The position numbers and the translations under genes are program-made. Of a DNA stretch of 64,000 bases, positions 44,301 through 55,424 are shown in pieces. The DNA is from Eledone cirrhosa (Eukaryota): the NCBI GenBank assembly GCA_964016885.1, contig OZ024740.1, positions 405,976,001 through 406,040,000 of the forward strand. The letters run 5' to 3'. Below the pieces are notes generated by a model. It saw only the letters and a list, made by a program, of their open reading frames with translations, had not been told where the DNA came from and did not search any database. Positions within the stretch are counted from its first letter, which is position 1; each line of letters begins with the position of its first letter.

Positions 44301-47300
44301 ACGGCCTAGTAGTTATAATGTTGGTTTCACAATTGTGTATATGGCCTAGTAGTTATAGTGTTGGTTTCACAATTGTGTATATGGCCTAGTAGTTATAGTG
44401 TTCATTTCAAAATTGTGTATATGGCCTAATAGTTATAGAGTTGGCTTCACAATTGTGCATATGGCCTAGTACTTATAGTGTTGGCTTCACAATTGTGTAT
44501 ATGGCCTAGTACTTATAGTGTTGGTTTCACAATTGTGTATATGGCCTAGTAGTTATAATGTTGGTTTCACAATTGTGTATATGACCCAATAGTTATAGTG
44601 TTGGCTTCACAATTGTGCATATGGCCTAGTAGTTATAGTGTTGGCTTCACAATTGTGTATATGGCCTAGTAGTTATAGTGTTGGCTTCACAATTGTGTAT
44701 ATGGCGGAGTACTTATAGTGTTGGTTTCACAATTGTGTATATGGCCTAATAGTTATAGTGTTGGCTTAACAATTGTGTATATGGCCTAGTCATTATAGTG
44801 TTGGCTTCACAATTGTGTATATGGCCTAGTAGTTATAGTGTTGGTTTCACAATTGTGTATATGGCCTAATAGTTATTGTTTTGGCTTAACAATTGTGTAT
44901 ATGGCCTAGTAATTATAGTGTTGGCTTCACAATTGTGTATATGGCCTAGTAGTTATAGTGTTGGTTTCACAATTGTGTATATGGCCTATAGTTATTGTGT
45001 TGGCTTCACAATTGTGCATATGGCCTAGTAGTTATAGTGTTGGCTTCACAATTGTGTATATGGCCTAGTACTTATAGTGTTGGCTTCACAATTGTGTATA
45101 TGGCCTAGTAGTTATAGAGTTGGTTTCACAATTGTGTATATGGCCTAATAGTTATAGTGTTGGCTTCACAATTGTGCATATGGCCTAGTAGTTATAGTGT
45201 TGGCTTCACAATTGTGTATATGGCCTAGTAGTTATAGTGTTGGCTTCACAATTGTGTATATGGCCTAGTAGTTATAGCGTTGGCTTCACAATTGTGTATA
45301 TGCCTAGTAGTTATAGTGTTGGTTTCAAATAGTGTATATGGCCTAATAACTATAGTGTTGGCTTCACAATTGTGTATATGGCCTAGTAGTTATAGGGTTG
45401 GCTTCACAATTGTGTATATGGCCTAGTAGTTATAGTGTTAGCTTCACAATTGTGTATATGGCCTAGTAGTTATAATGTTGGTTTCACAATTGTGTGTATG
45501 TCCTAGTAGTTATAGTGTTGGGTTCACAAATGTGTATATGGTCTAGTAGTTATAGTGTTGCCTTCACAATTGTGTATATGGCCTAGTGGTTATAATGTTG
45601 GGTTCAGAATTGTGTGTATGGCCTAGTAGTTATAGTGTTGGTTTCACAACTGTGTATATGGCCTAGTAGTTATAGCGTTGGCTTCACAATTGTGTATATG
45701 CCTAGTAGTTAGAGTGTTGGCTTTACAATTGTGTATATGGCCTAGTTGTTATAGTGTTGGCTTCACAATTGTGTATATGGCCTAGCAGTTATAATGTTGG
45801 TTTGACAATGTTGTAAATGGCCTCTGGGTTATAGTGTTGTTTTCACAATTGTGTATACGGCCTAGTAGTTATAATGTTGGTTTCACAATTGTGTATATGG
45901 CCTAGTAGTTATAGTGTTGGTTTCACAATTGTGTATATGGCCTAGTAGTTATAGTGTTGATTTCAAAATTGTGTATATGGCCTAATAGTTATAGAGTTGG
46001 CTTCACAATTGTGCATATGGCCTAGTACTTATAGTGTTGGCTTCACAATTGTGTATATGGCCTAGTACTTATAGTGTTGGTTTCACAATTGTGTATATGG
46101 CCTAGTAGTTATAATGTTGGTTTCACAATTGTGTATATGGCCCAATAGTTATAGTGTTGGCTTCACAATTGTGCATATGGCCTAGTAGTTATAGTGTTGG
46201 CTTCACAATTGTGTATATGGCCTAGTACTTATAGTGTTGGCTTCACAATTGTGTATATGGCGGAGTTCTTATAGTGTTGGTTTCACAATTGTGTATATGG
46301 CCTAATAGTTATAGTGTTGGCTTAACAATTGTGTATATGGCCTAGTAATTATAGTGTTGGCTTCACAATTGTGTATATGGCCTAGTAGTTATAGTGTTGG
46401 TTTCACAATTGTGTATATGGCCTATAGTTATTGTGTTGGCTTCACAATTGTGCATATGGCCTAGTAGTTATAGTGTTGGCTTCACAATTGTGTATATGGC
46501 CTAGTACTTATAGTGTTGGCTTCACAATTGTGTATATGGCCTAGTAGTTATAGAGTTGGTTTCACAATTGTGTATATGGCCTAATAGTTATAGTGTTGGC
46601 TTCACAATTGTGCATATGGCCTAGTAGTTATAGTGTTGGCTTCACAATTGTGTATATGGCCCAGTAGTTATAGTGTTGGCTTCCCAATTGTGTATATGGC
46701 CTAGTAGTTATAGCGTTAGCTTCACAATTGTGTATATGCCTAGTAGTTATAGTGTTGGTTTCAAATAGTGTATATGGACTAATAACTATAGTGTTGGCTT
46801 CACAATTGTGTATATGGCCTAGTAGTTATAGGGTTGGCTTCACAATTGTGTATATGGCCTAGTAGTTATAGTGTTAGCTTCACAATTGTGTATATGGCCT
46901 AGTAGTTATAATGTTGGTTTCACAATTGTGTGTATGTACTAGTAGTTATAGAGTTGGGTTCACAAATGTGTATATGGTCTAGTAGTTATAGTGTTGCCTT
47001 CACAATTGTGTATATGGCCTAGTGGTTATAATGTTGGGTTCAGAATTGTGTGTATGGCCTAGTAGTTATAGTGTTGGTTTCACAACTGTGTATATGGCCT
47101 AGTAGTTATAGGGTTGGCTTCACAATTGTGTATATGCCTAGTAGTTAGAGTGTTGGCTTTACAATTGTGTATATGGCCTATTTGTTATAGTGTTGGCTTC
47201 ACAATTGTGTATATGGCCTAGCAGTTATAATGTTGGTTTGACAATGTTGTAAATGGCCTCTGGGTTATAGTGTTGTTTTCACAATTGTGTATACGGCCTA

Positions 47301-50300
47301 GTAGTTATAATGTTGGTTTCACAATTGTGTATATGGCCTAGTAGTTATAGTGTTGGTTTCACAATTGTGTATATGGCCTAGTAGTTATAGTGTTGATTTC
47401 AAAATTGTGTATATGGCCTAATAGTTATAGAGTTGGCTTCAGAATTGTGCATATGGCCTAGTACTTATAGTGTTGGCTTCACAATTGTGTATATGGCCTA
47501 GTAGTTATAATGTTGGTTTCACAATTGTGTATATGGCCCAATAGTTATAGTGTTGGCTTCACAATTGTGGATATGGCCTAGTAGTTATAGTGTTGGCTTC
47601 ACAATTATGTATATGGCCTAGTAGTTATAGTGTTGGCTTCACAATTGTGTATATGGCGGAGTACTTATAGTGTTGGTTTCACAATTGTGTATATGGCCTA
47701 ATAGTTATAGTGTTGGCTTAACAATTGTGTATATGGCCTAGTAATTATAGTGTTGGCTTCACAATTGTGTATATGGCCTAGTAGTTATAGTGTTGGTTTC
47801 ACAATTGTGTATATGGCCTAATAGTTATTGTGTTGGCTTCACAATTGTGCATATGGCCTAGTAGTTATAGTGTTGGCTTCACAATTGTGCATATGGCCTA
47901 GTAGTTATAGTGTTGGCTTCACAATTGTGTATATGGCCTAGTAGTTATAGTGTTGACTTCACAATTGTGTATATGGCCTAGTAGTTATAGTGTTGGCCTC
48001 ACAATTGTGTATATGGCCTAGTAGTTATAGTGTTGACTTCACAAATGTGTATATGGCCTAGTCGTTATAGTGTTGGCTTCACAATTGTGTATATGGCCTA
48101 GCAGTTATAATGTTGGTTTGACAATTTTGTAAATGGCCTCTGGGTTATAGTGTTGTTTTCACAATTGTGTATATGGCCTAGTAGTTATAATGTTGGTTTC
48201 ACAATTGTGTATATGGCCTAGTATATATAGTGTTGGTTTCACAACTGTGTATATGGCCTAGTAATTATAATGTTGGCTTCACAATTGTGTATATGGCCTA
48301 ATAGTTATAGTGTTGGCTTCACAAATGTGTATATGGTCTAGTAGTTATAGTGTTGGCTTCACAATTGTGTATATGGCCTAGTGGTTATATTGTTGGTTTC
48401 ACAAGTGTGTGTATGGCCTAGTATTTATAGTGTTGGTTTCACAACTGTGTATATGGCCTAGTAATTATAATGTTGGCTTCACAATTGTGTATATGGCGTA
48501 ATAGTTATAGTGTTGGCTCAACAATTGTGTATATGGCCTAGTAGTTATAGTGTTGGTTTCACAATTGTGTATATGGCCTACTAGTTATAGTGTTGATTTC
48601 ACAATTGTGTATATGGCCTAATAGTTATAGTGTTGGCTTCACAATTGTGTATATGGCCTAGTTGTTATAGTGTTGGCTTCACAATTGTGTATATGGCCTA
48701 GCAGTTATAATGTTGGTTTGACAATTTTGTAAATGGCCTCTGGGTTATAGTGTTGTTTTCACAATTGTGTATACGGCCTAGTAGTTATAATGTTGGTTTC
48801 ACAATTGTGTATATGGCCTAGTAGTTATAGTGTTGGTTTCACAATTGTGTATATGGCCTAGTAGTTATAGTGTTCATTTCAAAATTGTGTATATGGCCTA
48901 ATAGTTATAGAGTTGGCTTCACAATTGTGCATATGGCCTAGTACTTATAGTGTTGGCTTCACAATTGTGTATATGGCCTAGTACTTATAGTGTTGGTTTC
49001 ACAATTGTGTATATGGCCTAGTAGTTATAATGTTGGTTTCACAATTGTGTATATGACCCAATAGTTATAGTGTTGGCTTCACAATTGTGCATATGGCCTA
49101 GTAGTTATAGTGTTGGCTTCACAATTGTGTATATGGCCTAGTAGTTATAGTGTTGGCTTCACAATTGTGTATATGGCGGAGTACTTATAGTGTTGGTTTC
49201 ACAATTGTGTATATGGCCTAATAGTTATAGTGTTGGCTTAACAATTGTGTATATGGCCTAGTCATTATAGTGTTGGCTTCACAATTGTGTATATGGCCTA
49301 GTAGTTATAGTGTTGGTTTCACAATTGTGTATATGGCCTAATAGTTATTGTGTTGGCTTAACAATTGTGTATATGGCCTAGTAATTATAGTGTTGGCTTC
49401 ACAATTGTGTATATGGCCTAGTAGTTATAGTGTTGGTTTCACAATTGTGTATATGGCCTATAGTTATTGTGTTGGCTTCACAAATGTGCATATGGCCTAG
49501 TAGTTATAGTGTTGGCTTCACAATTGTGTATATGGCCTAGTACTTATAGTGCTGGCTTCACAATTGTGTATATGGCCTAGTAGTTATAGAGTTGGTTTCA
49601 CAATTGTGTATATGGCCTAATAGTTATAGTGTTGGCTTCACAATTGTGCATATGGCCTAGTAGTTATAGTGTTGGCTTCACAATTGTGTATATGGCCTAG
49701 TAGTTATAGTGTTGGCTTCACAATTGTGTATATGGCCTAGTAGTTATAGCGTTGGCTTCACAATTGTGTATATGCCTAGTAGTTATAGTGTTGGTTTCAA
49801 ATAGTGTATATGGCCTAATAACTATAGTGTTGGCTTCACAATTGTGTATATGGCCTAGTAGTTATAGGGTTGGCTTCACAATTGTGTATATGGCCTAGTA
49901 GTTATAGTGTTAGCTTCACAATTGTGTATATGGCCTAGTAGTTATAATGTTGGTTTCACAATTGTGTGTATGTCCTAGTAGTTATAGTGTTGGGTTCACA
50001 AATGTGTATATGGTCTAGTAGTTATAGTGTTGCCTTCACAATTGTGTATATGGCCTAGTGGTTATAATGTTGGGTTCAGAATTGTGTGTATGGCCTAGTA
50101 GTTATAGTGTTGGTTTCACAACTGTGTATATGGCCTAGTAGTTATAGCGTTGGCTTCACAATTGTGTATATGCCTAGTAGTTAGAGTGTTGGCTTTACAA
50201 TTGTGTATATGGCCTAGTTGTTATAGTGTTGGCTTCACAATTGTGTATATGGCCTAGCAGTTATAATGTTGGTTTGACAATGTTGTAAATGGCCTCTGGG

Positions 50301-50400
50301 TTATAGTGTTGTTTTCACAATTGTGTATACGGCCTAGTAGTTATAATGTTGGTTTCACAATTGTGTATATGGCCTAGTAGTTATAGTGTTGGTTTCACAA
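41400..50400. repeat. Near-identical ~4.5-kb tandem duplication in the 40-bp array, followed by partial copies up to the junction
   Basis: GGCGGAGTTCTT (41749/46261) and TATGGACTAATAAC (42261/46773) show offset 4512. CTAGTCGTT (43591/48063), TTCATTTCAAAA (44403/48875) and ATGACCCAAT (44581/49053) show offset 4472, one unit fewer. CTAGTCGTT recurs at 51219 and 52738. Confidence 0.9.
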
Positions 50401-53400
50401 TTGTGTATATAGCCTAGTAATTATAGTGTTGGCTTCACAATTGTGTATATGGCCTAGTAGTTATAGTGTTGGCTTCACAATTGTGTATATGGCCTAGTAC
50501 TTATAGTGTTGGTTTCACAATTGTGTATATGGCCTAATAGTTATAGAGTTGGCTTCACAATTGTGCATATGGCCTAGTACTTATAGTGTTGGCTTCACAA
50601 TTGTGTATATGGCCTAGTACTTATAGTGTTGGTTTCACAATTGTGTATATGGCCTAGTAGTTATAATGTTGGTTTCACAATTGTGTATATGGCCCAATAG
50701 TTATAGTGTTGGCTTCACAATTGTGCATATGGCCTAGTAGTTATAGTGTTGGCTTCACAATTGTGTATATGGCCTAGTAGTTATAGTGTTGGCATCACAA
50801 TTGTGTATATGGCGGAGTACTTATAGTGTTGGTTTCACAATTGTGTATATGGCCTAATAGTTATAGTGTTGGCTTAACAATTGTGTATATGGCCTAGTAA
50901 TTATAGTGTTGGCTTCACAATTGTGTATATGGCCTAGTAGTTATAGTGTTGGTTTCACAATTGTGTATATGGCCTAATAGTTATTGTGTTGGCTTCACAA
51001 TTGTGCATATGGCCTAGTAGTTATAGTGTTGGCTTCACAATTGTGCATATGGCCTAGTAGTTATAGTGTTGGCTTCACAATTGTGTATATGGCCTAGTAG
51101 TTATAGTGTTGACTTCACAATTGTGTATATGGCCTAGTAGTTATAGTGTTGGCCTCACAATTGTATATATGGCCTAGTAGTTATAGTGTTGACTTCACAA
51201 ATGTGTATATGGCCTAGTCGTTATAGTGTTGGCTTCACAATTGTGTATATGGCCTAGCGGTTATAATGTTGGTTTGACAATTTTGTAAATGGCCTCTGGG
51301 TTATAGTGTTGTTTTCACAATTGTGTATATGGCCTAGTAGTTATAATGTTGGTTTCACAATTGTGTATATGGCCTAGTATATATAGTGTTGGTTTCACAA
51401 CTGTGTATATGGCCTAGTAATTATAATGTTGGCTTCACAATTGTGTATATGGCCTAATAGTTATAGTGTTGGCTTCACAAATGTGTATATGGTCTAGTAG
51501 TTATAGTGTTGGCTTCACAATTGTGTATATGGCCTAGTGGTTATATTGTTGGTTTCACAAGTGTGTGTATGGCCTAGTATTTATAGTGTTGGTTTCACAA
51601 CTGTGTATATGGCCTAGTAATTATAATGTTGGCTTCAAAATTGTGTATATGGCGTAATAGTTATAGTGTTGGCTCAACAATTGTGTATATGGCCTAGTAG
51701 TTATAGTGTTGGTTTCACAATTGTGTATATGGCCTAGTTGTCATAGTGTTGGCTTCACAATTGTGTATATGGCCTAGCAGTTATAATGTTGGTTTGACAA
51801 TTTTGTAAATGGCCTCTGGGTTATAGTGTTGTTTTCACAATTGTGTATACGGCCTAGTAGTTATAATGTTGGTTTCACAATTGTGTATATGGCCTAGTAG
51901 TTATAGTGTTGGTTTCACAATTGTGTATATGGCCTAGTAGTTATAGTGTCATTTCAAAATTGTGTATATGGCCTAATAGTTATAGAGTTGGCTTCACAAT
52001 TGTGCATATGGCCTAGTACTTATAGTGTTGGCTTCACAATTGTGGATATGGCCTAGTACTTATAGTGTTGGTTTCACAATTGTGTATATGGCCCAATAGT
52101 TATAGTGTTGGCTTCACAATTGTGCATATGGCCTAGTAGTTATAGTGTTGGCTTCACAATTGTGTATATGGCCTAGTAGTTATAGTGTTGGCTTCACAAT
52201 TGTGTATATGGCGGAGTACTTATAGTGTTGGTTTGACAATTGTGTATATGGCCTAATAGTTATAGTGTTGGCTTAACAATTGTGTATATGGCCTAGTAAT
52301 TATAGTGTTGGCTTCACAATTGTGTATATGGCCTAGTAGTTATAGTGTTGGTTTCACAATTGTGTATATGGCCTAATAGTTATTGTGTTGGCTTCACAAT
52401 TGTGCATATGGCCTAGTAGTTATAGTGTTGGCTTCACAATTGTGTATATGGCCTAGTACTTATAGTGTTGGCTTCACAATTGTGTATATGGCCTAGTAGT
52501 TATAGAGTTGGTTTCACAATTGTGTATATGGCCTAATATTTATAGTGTTGGCTTCACAATTGTGCATATGGCCTAGTAGTTATAGTGTTGGCTTCACAAT
52601 TGTGTATATGGCCTAGTAGTTATAGTGTTGACTTCACAATTGTGTATATGGCCTAGTAGTTATAGTGTTGGCCTCACAATTGTGTATATGGCCTAGTAGT
52701 TATAGTGTTGACTTCACAAATGTGTATATGGCCTAGTCGTTATAGTGTTGGCTTCACAATTGTGTATATCGCCTAGCAGTTATAATGTTGGTTTGACAAT
52801 TTTGTAAATGGCCTCTGGGTTATAGTGTTGTTTTCACAATTGTGTATATGGCCTAGTAGTTATAATGTTGGTTTCACAATTGTGTATATGGCCTAGTATA
52901 TATAGTGTTGGTTTCACAACTGTGTATATGGCCTAGTAATTATAATGTTGGCTTCACAATTGTGTATATGGCCTAATAGTTATAGTGTTGGCTTCACAAA
53001 TGTGTATATGGTCTAGTAGTTATAGTGTTGGCTTCACAATTGTGTATATGGCCTAGTGGTTATATTGTTGGTTTCACAAGTGTGTGTATGGCCTAGTATT
53101 TATAGTGTTGGTTTCACAACTGTGTATATGGCCTAGTAATTATAATGTTGGCTTCACAATTGTGCATATAGCCTAATAGTTATAGTGTTGGCTTCACAAT
53201 TGTGTATATGGCCTAATAGTTATAGTGTTGGCTCAACAATTGTGTATATGGCCTAGTAGTTATAGTGTTGGTTTCACAATTGTGTATATGGCCTACTAGT
53301 TATAGTGTTGATTTCACAATTGTGTATATGGCCTAATAGTTATAGTGTTGGCTTCACAATTGTGCATATGGCCTAGTATTTATAGTGTTGGCTTCACAAT

Positions 53401-53614
53401 TGTGTATATGGCCTAGTACTTATAGTGTTGGTTTCACAATTGTGTATATGGCCTAATAGTTATAGTGTTGGCTTCACAATTGTGCATATAGCCTAATAGT
53501 TATAGTGTTGGCTTCACAATTGTGTATATGGCCTAGTAGTTATAGAGTTGGTTTCACAATTGTGTATATGGCCTAATAGTTATAGTGTTGGCTTCACAAT
53601 TGTGCATATGGCCT

Positions 53615-53635
53615 AGTAGTTATTGGCGGAGTTGG
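53615..53635. other. Direct junction between the 40-bp and 21-bp satellite arrays
   Basis: The sequence reads ...GGCCTAGTAGTTAT|TGGCGGAGTTGGTGTTAATGG..., with no intervening unique sequence or N gap. Confidence 0.95.
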
Positions 53636-55424
53636 TGTTAATGGTGGTAGAGTTGGTGTTAATGGTGGTAGAGTTGGTCTTTAATGGTGGTAGAGTTGGT
53701 CTATAATAGTGGTAGAGTTGGTGTTAATGGTGTTAGAGTTGGTGTTAATGGTGGTAGAGTTGGTGCTAATGGTGTTAGAGTTGGTGTTAATGGTGTTAGA
53801 GTTGGTGTTAATGGTGCTAGAGTTGGTATTAATGGTGTTAATGGCGTTAGAGCTGGTGTTAATTGTGGTAGAGTTGGTGTTAATGGTGTTAGAGTTGGCG
53901 TTAATGGTGGTAGAGTTGGTGTTAATGTTGTTAGAGTTGGTGTTAATGGTGTTAGAGTTGGTGATAATGGTGGTAGAGTTTGTATTAATGGTGGTAGAGT
54001 TGGTGTTAATGGTGGTAGAGTTGGTGTTAATGGTGGTAGAGTTGGTGTTAAAGGTGTTAGAGTTGGTGCTAATGGTGTTAGAGTTGGGTTTTAATGGTGG
54101 TAGAGTTGGTGTTAAAGGTGGTAGAGTCGGTGTTAATGGTGTTAGAGTTGGTGGTAATGGTGTTAGAGTTGCTTTTAATGGTGTTAGAGTTGGTCTTTAA
54201 TGGTGGTAGAGTTGGGGTTAATGGTGGTAGAGTTGGCGTTAATGGTGTTAGAGTTGGTGTTAATATTGGTAGAGTTGGTGTTAACGGTGGTAGAGTTGGT
54301 GTTAATGGTGGTAGAGTTGGTGGTAATGGTGTTAGAGTTGGTGTTAATGTTGTTAGAGTTGGTGTTACTGGAGGTAGAGTTGCTGTTAATGGCGTTAAAG
54401 TTGGTCTTTAATGGTGGTAGAGTCGATGTTAATGGTGTTAGAATTGGTGTTATTGGTGTTACAGTTGGTGTTAATGGTGGTAGAGTTGGTGTTAATGGTG
54501 TTAGAGTTGGTGTAAATGGTTGTTAGAGTTGCTGTTAATAGTGTTAGAGTTGGTGTTAATGGTGGTAGAGTTGGTGTTAATGGTGGTAGAATTGGTGTTA
54601 ATGGTGTCAGAGTTGGTCTTTAATGGTGGTAGAGTTGGTGATAATGGTGGTAGAGTTGGTGTTAAGGGTGTTAGAGTTGGTGTTAATGGTGGTAGAGTTG
54701 GTGTTAATGGTGGTAGAGTTGGTGTTAATGGTGGTAGAGTTGGTGTTAATGGTGGTAGAGTTGGTGTTAATGGTGTGAGAGTAGGTGTTAATGGTGTTAG
54801 AGTTGGTGTTAGAGTTGGTGTTAATGGTGGTAGAGTTGGTTTTAATGGTGTTAAAGTTGGTTTTAATGGTGTTAAAGTTGGTCTTTAATGGTGGTAGAGT
54901 TGGTGTTAATGGTGTTAGAGTCGATGTTAATGGTGTTAGAATTGGTGTTAATGGTGTTAGAGTTGGTCTTTAATGGTGGTAATGGTGCTAGAGTTGGTGT
55001 TAATGGTGTTAGAGTTGGTGTTAATGGTGGTAGAGTTGGCGTTAATGGTGTTAGAATTGGTGTTAATGGTGTTAGAGGTGGTGTTAATGGTGTGAGAGTT
55101 GGCGGAGTTGGTGTTAATGGTGGTAGAGTTGGTGTTAATGGTGGTAGAGTTGGTCTTTAATGGTAGTAGAGTTGGTCTTTAATGGTGGTAGAGTTGGTGT
55201 TAATGGTGTTAGAGTTGGTGTTAATGGTGTTAGAGTTGGTGTTAATGGTGTTAGAGTTGGAGTTAATGGTGGTAGAGTTGGTGTTAATGGTGGTAGAGTT
55301 GGTGTTAATGGTGGTAGAGTTGGTGTTAATGGTGGTAGAGTTGGTGTTAATGGTGGTAGAGTTGGTGTTAATGGTGTTAGAGTTGGTGTTAATGGTGGTA
55401 GAGTTGATGTTGATGGTGTTAGAG

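Larger units (their letters stand above)
1..53623. repeat. 40-bp tandem satellite array (~1,340 units), consensus TTCACAATTGTGTATATGGCCTAGTAGTTATAGTGTTGGY; truncated by the left window edge
   Basis: Uninterrupted head-to-tail 40-bp periodicity, all in one orientation. Most units differ from consensus by a few substitutions; occasional 39-bp units occur. Consensus composition is A9 C5 G10 T16 with no CpG. Each unit contains CACAATTGTG (MfeI core CAATTG), GGCC and CTAG. Confidence 0.99.

Noticed and set aside
1-53623. CRISPR array (repeat of ~40 bp with a palindrome)
   Set aside because: Units are directly head-to-tail with no unique spacers, and there is no leader or cas gene.
1-53623. Resemblance of ACAATT/AATTGTG/TCACA to lac operator or CRP half-sites (synthetic operator array)
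   Set aside because: The lacO core GAGCGGATA is absent, CRP TGTGA-N6-TCACA spacing is not met, and the natural-looking divergence and nested duplications do not fit a construct.
1-53623. TATA-like motifs (TATATG, TTATAG, TTATAATG) as promoters
   Set aside because: They are part of the repeat unit, present over a thousand times, with no downstream gene.
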